Below, piece by piece: positions 9,226 to 18,212 of a DNA stretch of 64,000 bases. Source of the stretch: Spirochaetia bacterium. GTDB lineage: Bacteria > Spirochaetota > Spirochaetia > SZUA-6 > Bin103. The number at the start of each line of letters is the position of its first letter. The first letter of the stretch is position 1. The notes beneath the pieces were generated by a model. The model had not been told where the DNA came from. It ran no database searches and worked only from the letters and a program-made list of their open reading frames with translations. The translations under genes were made by a program, and so were the position numbers. The stretch lies in contig OZ241863.1 in NCBI GenBank assembly GCA_965203055.1, positions 3,840,001-3,904,000 of the forward strand, in the 5' to 3' direction.

Positions 9226-10152
9226 TCACGCCTGCTCCGGGTCGATGCCGGCCCGGCGCAGCATCGCCTCCAGCCGGTCAGCGCGGCGCCGTTCCTGCTC
9301 GGCGCGGCCGCGTTCCTGGTCAGCGCGGCGCCGTTCCTGCTCGGCGCGCCCGCGTTCCTGCTCGGCCGCTTCCTTGCCGGTGGGGATCAACTCGCCGCGC
9401 GCGTCCGTCCAGCGCAGCCACCGGCTCCGCACGCCCTCGAACTCCCCTTCCCACAGCGTCATTCCCAGCCCCAGCTCCGGGAACCAGGGCCGATCCTGGC
9501 GCTCGTATCCCCCGCCGCTCAACCGGTAGACGCGCAGGTCATCGCTCATCACCCGATGCAACAGGTCCTGGATTACGTAGTAGCCCACCCCCATCTCGGC
9601 GTAGCGCAACCGCTTCCCGCCGATCTCGCCCCCCTTCTGGTTCGACACGATCTCCACCACCAGGTCCGGCACCTTGCCGAACTCCCACACGAAGTAGGAG
9701 CGGTGCCTCTTGTCCCACCAGTTCGGGTTCACCTGCACGTCCAGACTCAGGAACACGTCCGGCACGATCGCCGGATTGCGCGGTTCGGGGAACACGCCCA
9801 CGTTGGCAGCGGTCAGAAACGGGCGCCCGCCGCCCGGGCCGGCCCAGGAAGTGTACAGCGGCTCGGTGAGCAGGCGTTGCTGCTTCTCGGAGGGCATGTT
9901 GTCCACCGGCGTATCATCCTCGGTGACCAGAGATTCGATGTCGAAGCCGGGCGCCGGCGCGGCAGGCGCCGCGGCGCCCGGCGCGGCCCGGGCCGGGGCG
10001 GCCGGCGGCGCGCCGGCCAGCGGCCGCGCGGGCCGGTGCCGCGGAGACCGGGCGGGACCCGTCACCAAGTCCGCCGCCGGCCGCGCCGCGGCGGGCTTGG
10101 CGGCGTGCGCGTCAGGCGCGGAACGACCGGCCGGGAACGTCGGCGAGTCCAT
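9226..10152 (-). CDS. Uma2-family (DUF820) endonuclease with C-terminal AEQER repeats
   Basis: TEDDTPVDN..SEKQQRLL, PDVFLS, PDLVVEIVS; ATG 10152 preceded by TATACT. Confidence 0.88.
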   Translation of the reverse strand: MDSPTFPAGRSAPDAHAAKPAAARPAADLVTGPARSPRHRPARPLAGAPPAAPARAAPGAAAPAAPAPGFDIESLVTEDDTPVDNMPSEKQQRLLTEPLYTSWAGPGGGRPFLTAANVGVFPEPRNPAIVPDVFLSLDVQVNPNWWDKRHRSYFVWEFGKVPDLVVEIVSNQKGGEIGGKRLRYAEMGVGYYVIQDLLHRVMSDDLRVYRLSGGGYERQDRPWFPELGLGMTLWEGEFEGVRSRWLRWTDARGELIPTGKEAAEQERGRAEQERRRADQERGRAEQERRRADRLEAMLRRAGIDPEQA

Positions 10153-10288
10153 GAGGGAGAGTATAGCCGCACCGCAGGCCCGAAATCTCAAGGCACTTCG
10201 GGACGGCGCGCGGCGTGGCCTCCCTACCCGGCGCCACCACCGGTAGCCGGCGGGTAGCCAGAGGCAGGCCGGGAGGCTATCGTAGCTC

Positions 10289-11362
10289 ATGGTTCGCTTT
10301 GGCATTATCGGCACCGGCGGCATCGCCGCCGGCGGCGCTACGGATCTGGCGGCGCATCCCGACGCCGAGCTGATCGCCGTCGCCGACCCCAGCCGGGAAC
10401 GGGTGACCGCGTTCGCCGCCCGCTTCGGGGTCGAGGCGGTGCTGGAGAACGCGCAGCAGCTCGTGGCGCTGGATGCGGTGGACGCCGTCTACGTGGCCGT
10501 GCCCAACTACCTGCACGCGCCCGTCAGCACCATGGCGCTGCAGGCCGGCAAGCACGTGCTGCAGGAAAAGCCGCTGGCGCTCAGCGCGGCCGACGCCGCA
10601 CCGCTGGCCGCGGCCGCGCGCCAGTCCGACCGCCACTTCATGCTGGGCATGAACCAGCGCTTCGCCCCGCCGGTGCAGCGCGCCCGGCAACTGGTGGACC
10701 AGGGCCGCATCGGCCGGCCCTATCACTGCAAGGCGTACTGGCGCCGACGGGAGGGCATCCCCGGCCTCGGAAGCTGGTTCACCCGCAAGGAGCGTTCCGG
10801 CGGCGGCGGCCTGCTCGACATCGGCGTGCACATGCTGGATGACGCTCTCTACGTGCTCGACGACTTCGACGTCCACTCGGTGTCCGGCGCCACCTACGCC
10901 GAGTTCGGACCGCGCGGTCTGGGCGAAGGCGGCTGGGGCCTCTCGGAACGCTCCGGCGCGCCGTTCGACGTGGACGACTTCGCCACCGCCCTCATCAAGC
11001 TGAAGCGCGGCGCCAGCGTGACGCTGGACGCGGTCTGGGCCATGCACGCCGAGCGGCGCAACGCCATGAACGTCGAGCTGTACGGCACCGACGGCGCCAT
11101 CGACACCTACGGCGAACGGCTCTACCGGGCGCAGGCCGACGGCTACCACATCATCGAATCACCCGCCGCCGGCGACCTCGCCTACCCGCACGCCAGCCGC
11201 TTCCACCACTTCGTGAACGTGATCCTAGGCCGCGAGGAACCATGCGTCACCCTGGAGCAGGCGCTGGTCGTGCAGCGCATCCTGGACGCCGTCTACGCCT
11301 CCGCCGCCACCGGCCGCGAAATCCTCTTTCAACCAACCGAATCAACTCCCGAGGCCAAGTGA
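10289..11362 (+). CDS. Gfo/Idh/MocA-family oxidoreductase
   Basis: GIIGTGGIA, HVLQEKP, GGGGLLDIGVH. Confidence 0.92.
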   Translation: MVRFGIIGTGGIAAGGATDLAAHPDAELIAVADPSRERVTAFAARFGVEAVLENAQQLVALDAVDAVYVAVPNYLHAPVSTMALQAGKHVLQEKPLALSAADAAPLAAAARQSDRHFMLGMNQRFAPPVQRARQLVDQGRIGRPYHCKAYWRRREGIPGLGSWFTRKERSGGGGLLDIGVHMLDDALYVLDDFDVHSVSGATYAEFGPRGLGEGGWGLSERSGAPFDVDDFATALIKLKRGASVTLDAVWAMHAERRNAMNVELYGTDGAIDTYGERLYRAQADGYHIIESPAAGDLAYPHASRFHHFVNVILGREEPCVTLEQALVVQRILDAVYASAATGREILFQPTESTPEAK

Positions 11363-11437
11363 CTGACTGACTGAGCGTATGTGGACAACCACGCCGCCAT
11401 CCGATAAGATATATGAATATACCTGTGAGCCTTGGGT

Positions 11438-11893
11438 ATGAAGATCACGAAACGACAAGAAGACCACGCTATCGTACTGCGTCAGATGAGCGGCATAGGC
11501 GCTGATGATGATACCCTGCCTGGCGAAGTGCAAGTATCTCTTAAGAAAGAGATTAGCGATCTACTTGAGGAGGCGGGAGTCGAGAACTGGGACGGAGAAG
11601 GCGCGACAGCACTTGACGAGGATACGGTTCGCACTGCCGAGATGGTGGTTGACGAGCTGCCGAATTATGCCGGAAGACCTGATGTTTCCGCAACTCCGCA
11701 TGGTGAGGTGGATTTCGACTGGGTAAAAAGGCAAGACTTGATGCTTACCGTAAGCGTTGGCCCGGGCGGTAAAGAGATCGCATTTGCCGGATTGTTTTGC
11801 GGAGCGCGATTGAGCGGACATGATTTGTGGACCGGAAAGCTCCCAAAAACCATGCATTGCTGCTTTGAACGACTGCGCGATTGCTCGAAATAA
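11438..11893 (+). CDS. hypothetical protein (NWDGEGA...PDVSATPHGEVDFDW family)
   Basis: ORF in an AT-richer islet, upstream partner of 11913-12290. Confidence 0.65.
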   Translation: MKITKRQEDHAIVLRQMSGIGADDDTLPGEVQVSLKKEISDLLEEAGVENWDGEGATALDEDTVRTAEMVVDELPNYAGRPDVSATPHGEVDFDWVKRQDLMLTVSVGPGGKEIAFAGLFCGARLSGHDLWTGKLPKTMHCCFERLRDCSK

Positions 11894-11912
11894 GTGAACG
11901 GTACAAAAGGAA

Positions 11913-12290
11913 TTGCTCGCTCGATTTGCATTAGAAAGTGGTCGCATTACAGACTCAGTTGTGAAACCCAAGCTGTTTGAACCTAACAGACGGCTTGAGC
12001 TCTCTGTCTTTTTCATAGACGATCTTATCGGTGAAGAAATCAAAGCTATTGGTATAAACGTGGCGACCCAACATCCCACTAGCAAACGACTCTATGGGTG
12101 GGGTGAAATCGACGAGAAAACGGTATATGAGGTCGGGCTGAAAGTGAATCGTGATGACGATCCGGAACGACATGCAAACATCGTTGGTTGGCCGAGAGTT
12201 CGGGAGGAACGAAAGCTGAAACAAATACTGCTGGCATCCTCATCCCGTCCAGTCAGACTTAGTCCGCCGGTCGAAGTCGGTCAACCGTGA
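11913..12290 (+). CDS. hypothetical protein, possible ADP-ribosyltransferase/RES-like fold
   Basis: LARF...ELSVF...ERHANIVG (R-S-H spacing); AAGGA just before TTG. Confidence 0.55.
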   Translation: MLARFALESGRITDSVVKPKLFEPNRRLELSVFFIDDLIGEEIKAIGINVATQHPTSKRLYGWGEIDEKTVYEVGLKVNRDDDPERHANIVGWPRVREERKLKQILLASSSRPVRLSPPVEVGQP

Positions 12291-12306
12291 GGGCCGATTG
12301 AAGACG

Positions 12307-13260
12307 ATGCGGATTCTGTTTGCGGATGATACTGACATCAGCCTGGACGGGGACATCGACTTTTCCGGACTGCAGGCGTTGGGGGAGTACCGCAGCCTGC
12401 CCAACGGCTCGGTGGCGGAGATCATCGAGCACGGCGCCGCCGCCGAGGTGATCGTGGTCAACAAGGCGCTGCTCACCGCGCCGGTGTTCGCGGCGCTGGA
12501 CGCCCTGCGGCTGGTGGCGGTGAGCGCCACCGGCTACAACAACGTCGATCTGGAAGCCGCCCGCGGCGCCGGCGTCACGGTGTGCAACGTGGCCGGCTAC
12601 GCCGGCGACACGGTGCCCCAGCACGCCTTCGCGCTGATCCTCAACCTGGCCACCCAGGCCCACCGCTACGCCGCCGACGTCGCCCGCGGCGACTGGCAGC
12701 GCAGCTCCTCGTTCACGCTGCTGCGCTACCCCACCTTCGAACTGAAGGGGCGCGCCATCGGCATCGTCGGCTTCGGGGTGATCGGGCGCGGCGTGGCGCG
12801 CATCGCCGAGGGCTTCGGCATGCGCATCCTCGCGCACGACGCCTTCCCGATCCACGGCAGCCCCTACGCCAACACGCCGCTCGACCGGTTGCTGGCCGAG
12901 TCCGACTTCGTGACCATCCACAGTCCGCTGACCGATCGCACCCGCAACCTGATCGACGCCGCGGCGCTGGCGCGGATGAAACCCACCGCCTGCCTGATCA
13001 ACACCGCCCGCGGCGGGATCGTCGACGAAGCCGCGCTGGCCGCGGCGCTCACCGCCGGGCGCCTGGCCGGCGCCGGCTTCGACGTGCTCAGCGAGGAGCC
13101 GCCGGCGGCCGGCAACCCGCTGCTGGCCGCGCCAAACGTCATCATTACCCCGCACAGCGCCTGGTCCACCCGCGAGGCGCGCCAGAAGCTGATCGACGAG
13201 ACGGCCGCCAACATCCGCGCCTTCATCGCCGGCGCGCCGCGCAACGTGGTCAGCGGCTAG
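12307..13260 (+). CDS. D-2-hydroxyacid dehydrogenase (glycerate/hydroxypyruvate reductase-like)
   Basis: ATGYNNVD, GFGVIG, LINTARG, DVLSEEP, TPHSAW. Confidence 0.92.
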   Translation: MRILFADDTDISLDGDIDFSGLQALGEYRSLPNGSVAEIIEHGAAAEVIVVNKALLTAPVFAALDALRLVAVSATGYNNVDLEAARGAGVTVCNVAGYAGDTVPQHAFALILNLATQAHRYAADVARGDWQRSSSFTLLRYPTFELKGRAIGIVGFGVIGRGVARIAEGFGMRILAHDAFPIHGSPYANTPLDRLLAESDFVTIHSPLTDRTRNLIDAAALARMKPTACLINTARGGIVDEAALAAALTAGRLAGAGFDVLSEEPPAAGNPLLAAPNVIITPHSAWSTREARQKLIDETAANIRAFIAGAPRNVVSG

Positions 13261-13279
13261 CCGCGGGGCTACACCCGGA

Positions 13280-15559
13280 CTACACCCACACCAGGTTCTC
13301 GGTCTCCGGCTCCACCGCCGGCAGCAGCGCTTCCACCTCTTGCACCGTGGTGGCGGCCAGCATGGAGGCGGCCAGCGCCTGCGCGGCCGGCAGCTCGAGC
13401 GCGGCAATGGCCGCCTGCACCGGCGGCAGGTAGACCGGCTCCACGCTCAGGCTGCGCACCCCGATGCCGACCAGAAACGGCAGGTACTGGGCCTGATGCG
13501 CCATGTCGCCGCAGACCGACAGCGCCGTCCCGCGGCGGGCGCACGCCGCGACCACCGCGCGCAGCGTCCGCAGCACGGCCGGGTGATGCGGCAGGTAGAG
13601 GTGCGCCACCTTCTCGTTGGTGCGATCCACCGCCAACAGGTACTGGATCAGGTCGTTGGTGCCGATCGAGAGGAAATCCGCCTCCTCCGCGAAGTCGTCG
13701 ATCAGCGGCACCACCGACGGCACCTCCACCATCGCCCCGACCGCCACCTCGGCGCTGATCAGATGATCCTCCGCGCGCAGCTCGGCGGCGCACTGCTCCA
13801 CCGCGGCGCGCCCGGCGCGCAGCTCCTCGATGGAAGACACCAGCGGAAACATCACGTGCAGCTTGCGGCCCCCGCTGGCGCGCAGCATGGCGCGCAGTTG
13901 CTGCGTGAAGATGTCGCGGTTGCGCAGGCTGAAGCGAATGGAACGCACCCCCAGAAACGGATTCTGCTCGCGCATCTCGGGGAAGTAGGAGAGCACCTTG
14001 TCGCCGCCGATGTCGAGCGTGCGGAACAGGATGTCGCCATGCGGGAAGCGCGCCACCAGCTCCCGGTACAAGGCGTACTGCTCTTCCTCCGAGGGCAATT
14101 CGCGCCGCACCATGAACGGGAACTCGGTGCGGTACAGCCCGATCCCCTCGGCGCCGAGCTGGCGCGCCAGGTCGGCGTCGCTCATCAGATTGACGTTGGC
14201 CATGAGGCGCACCACCACGCCGTCCGAGGTCGCGGTCTGCGGCTCGATCGCGCCGCACGGCGCGGGCGCCTGCTGCACCGCGATACGGGGGCCGAAGTGG
14301 GCCGCCACCGCCTCGTTCGGCCGCACGTACACCCGGCCATGGTCGGCGTCGAGCAGGATGTCGGTGCCCGGCGCCAGCGCCAGCAGGCGCGGGTCGTCGA
14401 CGATCACCAGCGGCACCATCAGGGAGCGCGCCAGGATCGCGACGTGGGAGGTCACGCCGCCGGTAACCAGCACCACTCCGGCCGCCTGCTGCGACGACAG
14501 CCGCAGGAGCTGCGACGGGAACACCTCGCGCGCAATGACGATCCGCCCGCGCCACTCGGCCGCCTCGGCCTGGGCGTCGCTGACGTTGTGCAGCAGGCGC
14601 GTGACCAGGTCCTTCACGTCGTTGGCCTTCTCGCGCACGAAGCCCACGTTGCTGGACTGGAAGCGGTGCACGTACTGGTTGGCGATGCGCAGCACCGCCT
14701 GCGGTACCGCCACCCCCTCCTCGATGAGCCGTTCGACCGCTTCCGTGAACCCGGGGTCCTTGAGGATCAGCAGATGGGAGGAGAAGATGAGGGAGGCGAC
14801 GTCGGACAGCCGTTCGCCGACCTGCGCCTGCATCTCCTCCAACTGCTCCTCGGTGGCGCCGATCGCGGTGCGGAAGTCGTCCCGCGTCAGATTGGGGCGA
14901 TACTCGGCCTTGGCCAGCGAGTCGTACTGCGATTCCCGGTCCAGCCTCAGACTGGGGCCGCGCGCCAGCCCGCCGGACGCCACCTGGCCTTCGAAGGTGG
15001 CGGCCGTGTCCAACGGCGCGTCGTCGCCGTCGCCGGGACCGGGCGCCGACCCCAGCAACAGACGCGCGTTCTCGATCGCGCCGGTGAGCTGGGCGCCGAC
15101 GGCGCGCAGGCCCTGCACGTCGGTGCGCGTGAACTTGCGGTTCTTCCGGCGCTGCACCACCAGCACCCCGATCCGGGTAATGCCGCGCAGCAGCGGAACC
15201 GCCAGGAAGCATTCGAACTCCTCTTCCCGGAGGTGCGGCACGTGGCGGTAGAACGGGTTGGCGCTGGCTACCGGCTCCACGATGTAGCGAAGCTGCTTGA
15301 GCGCCACCCCGGTGAGTCCTTCGCCCAGCTTCAGGCGCACCTTGCCCACCAGCTCGCGGTTGAGCCCGTGGGTGGCGCTCAAGGTGAGCTCCCGGTCGGC
15401 GGGATCGTAGAGATAGATCGAGCACACCTCGGCGTCCACGTGCAGCGCCACCATCCTGGCGGTACGCTGCAGGAACGTGCTCAGGTCGAGCGCTTCGTGA
15501 AACAGCGCGCTGAGCTCGTTGATGTCGCAGACCAGGCTGTAGTGCTCCACTTCGGTCAT
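13280..15559 (-). CDS. ptsP: GAF-domain PEP-protein phosphotransferase (EI-Ntr)
   Basis: N-terminal GAF (CSIYL..GEGLTG), TSHVAILAR phospho-His, GIGLYRTEF, DIGGDK, SIGTNDL. Confidence 0.92.
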   Translation of the reverse strand: MTEVEHYSLVCDINELSALFHEALDLSTFLQRTARMVALHVDAEVCSIYLYDPADRELTLSATHGLNRELVGKVRLKLGEGLTGVALKQLRYIVEPVASANPFYRHVPHLREEEFECFLAVPLLRGITRIGVLVVQRRKNRKFTRTDVQGLRAVGAQLTGAIENARLLLGSAPGPGDGDDAPLDTAATFEGQVASGGLARGPSLRLDRESQYDSLAKAEYRPNLTRDDFRTAIGATEEQLEEMQAQVGERLSDVASLIFSSHLLILKDPGFTEAVERLIEEGVAVPQAVLRIANQYVHRFQSSNVGFVREKANDVKDLVTRLLHNVSDAQAEAAEWRGRIVIAREVFPSQLLRLSSQQAAGVVLVTGGVTSHVAILARSLMVPLVIVDDPRLLALAPGTDILLDADHGRVYVRPNEAVAAHFGPRIAVQQAPAPCGAIEPQTATSDGVVVRLMANVNLMSDADLARQLGAEGIGLYRTEFPFMVRRELPSEEEQYALYRELVARFPHGDILFRTLDIGGDKVLSYFPEMREQNPFLGVRSIRFSLRNRDIFTQQLRAMLRASGGRKLHVMFPLVSSIEELRAGRAAVEQCAAELRAEDHLISAEVAVGAMVEVPSVVPLIDDFAEEADFLSIGTNDLIQYLLAVDRTNEKVAHLYLPHHPAVLRTLRAVVAACARRGTALSVCGDMAHQAQYLPFLVGIGVRSLSVEPVYLPPVQAAIAALELPAAQALAASMLAATTVQEVEALLPAVEPETENLVWV

Positions 15560-15630
15560 ATGCTGCCGCCCGCGCGCGGCCCGCTCCGGCGCCGGCTGCG
15601 CGGTCGGGGTAATATACCGCAGTATTGGAA

Positions 15631-16458
15631 ATGGTGAAGCTTCACGATCAACACCTGCACTCGCGCCATTCGGTCGACTCCAAGGCGGATCCGGCGGCCA
15701 ACTGCGAACAGGCCATCGCCGCCGGTCTGGCGGGCCTCACGTTCACCGAGCACTACGACATGCATCCGAGCGAACGCGACCAGTGCCAATGGGACTACGA
15801 CGCCATCGCCGCCACCGTGGCGGCGCTGCGGCGGCGCTACTCGCCGCCGCTCGCCATCGGCTTCGGCATCGAGGTGGACTACCAGCCGGCGCTGGTCGAG
15901 GAGACCCTGGACTACCTCGACCGGCACCGCTTCGACGCGGTCCTGCTCAGCGTTCACTGGTGCGGCGGCCGCCCCCTGCACCTGCGCCGGCGCTGGCAAC
16001 GGCTCGACGCCGCCGCCATGCGCCGCGACTACCTGGCGACGCTGCGCGAGGCGGCCGAGCTGTGCCGCGAGCTGGCCGCCGCCGGGCACTGCCCGTTCGA
16101 CATCCTCAGCCACCTCGATTACGTCAAGCGCTACCTGCTCAGCTACTGGGGCGCGCCGTTGGGGGCGGTGGAGCCGGCGCTGCTGGACCCGATCCTGGAA
16201 GCGATCATCGCCGCCGGCGTGGTGCCCGAGATCAACACCGCCGGACTGCGGCGCCCGGAAGCCGCGGCCTACCCCGACTGGCCGCTCCTGCGGCGCTACC
16301 GCGAACTGGGCGGGCGCGAGGTGAGCATCGGCAGCGACGCCCACCGCAGCCGCGAGGTCGGGCACGGGTTCGGCGCCATGGCAGCGCGGCTGCAGGCCAT
16401 CGGCTTCGCCGGCGAGACGGTGTTCCGGGAACGCCGGCGGCGGCTCATCTCCTGGTGA
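15631..16458 (+). CDS. PHP-family histidinol-phosphatase-like protein
   Basis: DQHLHS, FTEH, SVH, HLDY, EINT, GSDAH. Confidence 0.85.
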   Translation: MVKLHDQHLHSRHSVDSKADPAANCEQAIAAGLAGLTFTEHYDMHPSERDQCQWDYDAIAATVAALRRRYSPPLAIGFGIEVDYQPALVEETLDYLDRHRFDAVLLSVHWCGGRPLHLRRRWQRLDAAAMRRDYLATLREAAELCRELAAAGHCPFDILSHLDYVKRYLLSYWGAPLGAVEPALLDPILEAIIAAGVVPEINTAGLRRPEAAAYPDWPLLRRYRELGGREVSIGSDAHRSREVGHGFGAMAARLQAIGFAGETVFRERRRRLISW

Positions 16459-16460
16459 GG

Positions 16461-16480
16461 GGGCGGCGTTCCGGCCGCCC
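16461..16480 (+). terminator. GC hairpin after the PHP gene (no U-tract)
   Basis: GGGCGGC-gttccg-GCCGCCC directly after the stop codon. Confidence 0.35.
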
Positions 16481-16529
16481 GCGCTGCCCACGGAAATACC
16501 TGATAACTCAATCCCCGCGGCGCCAGGGC

Positions 16530-16558
16530 TTGACCAGTGGCCGGCAGTATCATAGCAT
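16530..16558 (+). promoter_or_regulatory. putative sigma70 promoter of the RiPP locus
   Basis: TTGACC-17 bp-TAGCAT. Confidence 0.55.
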
Positions 16559-16630
16559 CTGGCATAGTTGAGCAGCGCGCCGCGGATCGTGCCATGAGCG
16601 ATGCTGCGCGAGCTGCCGAAGGAGAGGATC

Positions 16631-16903
16631 ATGGGCGAGAAGACGATGACCGTCAGTGCTCTGCGCCAGCAACTGATCGACAAGGCGACCGAGGACAACG
16701 AGTTCCGCAGCCAATTGATAGCGGACCCCAAGGCCGCGATCGAGGCCGAGATCGGCATGACCGTGCCCGCCGAATTCAACATCGAGGTGCACGAGGAGAC
16801 GGCGACGACCAGTCACCTGATCCTGCCGCCCTCCGCCGAGCTCGGGGAAGCTGATCTGGTGCAGGTCGCCGGCGGCTTTTCCTGGGACAACGTGGGCTGG
16901 TAG
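16631..16903 (+). CDS. NHLP-leader RiPP precursor, core FSWDNVGW
   Basis: RBS GGAGAGG; leader KATEDNEFRSQLIADPKAAIE...VHEET...LILPP..ELGEADLVQVAGG (double-Gly), then an 8-aa core. Confidence 0.92.
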   Translation: MGEKTMTVSALRQQLIDKATEDNEFRSQLIADPKAAIEAEIGMTVPAEFNIEVHEETATTSHLILPPSAELGEADLVQVAGGFSWDNVGW

Positions 16904-16949
16904 CTGCGGTTCTGCCGACCTGCCGGTCTCCTGAATTGAGCGGGAGCGC

Positions 16950-18077
16950 ATGAGCACCGGAGACGACCGCTCGACCGGCGCCGCGCGCGCCTCCTTTGCG
17001 TCGATCCTCGAGCGCTGCCGTTCCCTGTTCCCGCCCGCGCTGCTCGACGCCGCGGGCTGGGAGCGAATCATCCGCGCGGCGAAGCCGCTGCCGCGCGCCA
17101 TTGCCGACACCCACTTCGGCTTCGAGTTCCATCTCGCGGAGCCGAACGCGGACGCTGACTTGGTGGTGCTCGCGATTCCGGGATCGGAGGTGGCGCGGCA
17201 CTACGTCAGCGCGGGGAAGCGCGCCGCGCCCGGGTCGGCGGCGGCGGCGCTCGCAAGCGGACTTGAGCGGCAGGCGGCGGATCCCAACTCCTACCTTGCC
17301 CGAGGAGTGCGCGCCATGATGCTGGAGTACGATATGACGGGACTGGCGCCGCACCGGCCGGTGCCGCCGCCGGGCGTCTTCTTTTCGCCGAGCAAATCCG
17401 CCCCCGGCTCCCGGGGCGGCGTCCCCGAGCACGGAGACGCTGCCGCCCTGCTCGAAGCGCTCGCCGTTACCGCCGGCTGGAACAGCCACCGGGAGATGGT
17501 GCCCACGGTCGAGCGCATCGTCGCGGCGCTGCCGGAGGCGGCGTACGTGTTCCAGGCGGGAGCCCACCCGGCGCGCTCCCCGAAGGGGTTCCGCATTCTC
17601 CTCTGGGACGTCGCGCCACAGGAAGTCCCCGCCCTGCTGCAACGGTTGGAGTGGCCCGGATCGACCGCCGCGGCGGCGGCCGTGCTCGCCGCCATGGACG
17701 ACCTGATCACCTACGTCGCCGTCGGCCTGGAAGTCACCGCGCAGGGGATCGGGCCGCGCCTCGGCCTGGAGCTGTACCGGCCGGTGAGGTGGTTCGACGC
17801 CGATGCCAGAGGGTGGCATCCCTTCATCGACCGGGTCGCGGAGCAAGGCTGGTGCATGCCCGAAAAAGCGGCCGGGCTGCGGTGCTGGCCGGGCGTCGAA
17901 CGGATGCTTGGGGACGGCAAGTTGTACATCGTCCGCCAGGGCATCAGCTACTTCAAGGTCGTGGTCGAACGAGGCGCGCCAATCGCGGCGAAGGCATATA
18001 CCGGCATGTCCGTGCTGCCGTACCGGCACCGCCCCGCCGAGAGTCCCATTCCTCCCCCGGACGCAGCGCGGCCCTGA
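16950..18077 (+). CDS. putative RiPP-modifying enzyme, ABBA/PT-barrel prenyltransferase-like
   Basis: GGAG RBS; 46 nt after the precursor; motifs FGFE, LEYD, FQAG, GPRLGLELY, SYFK, KAY. Confidence 0.6.
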   Translation: MSTGDDRSTGAARASFASILERCRSLFPPALLDAAGWERIIRAAKPLPRAIADTHFGFEFHLAEPNADADLVVLAIPGSEVARHYVSAGKRAAPGSAAAALASGLERQAADPNSYLARGVRAMMLEYDMTGLAPHRPVPPPGVFFSPSKSAPGSRGGVPEHGDAAALLEALAVTAGWNSHREMVPTVERIVAALPEAAYVFQAGAHPARSPKGFRILLWDVAPQEVPALLQRLEWPGSTAAAAAVLAAMDDLITYVAVGLEVTAQGIGPRLGLELYRPVRWFDADARGWHPFIDRVAEQGWCMPEKAAGLRCWPGVERMLGDGKLYIVRQGISYFKVVVERGAPIAAKAYTGMSVLPYRHRPAESPIPPPDAARP

Positions 18078-18159
18078 AACGATCCCCGATCCTCCCGCTT
18101 CACCAGTTCGCGCCCCGGCCTGACCGGCCGGACCCGGCTTGACCCGGCCTGCCGGCAGA

Positions 18160-18188
18160 TTGCCGCAACGCCCGGAATGGCCTACACT
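18160..18188 (+). promoter_or_regulatory. putative sigma70 promoter
   Basis: TTGCCG-17 bp-TACACT, then AAGGAG RBS and ATG 18213. Confidence 0.6.
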
Positions 18189-18212
18189 GTGGGCACTCAA
18201 GGAGCAACCAGA

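Noticed and set aside
7577..10152. Prophage remnant
   Set aside because: No integrase, terminase, capsid or other phage genes; only a repeat motif inside a lipoprotein
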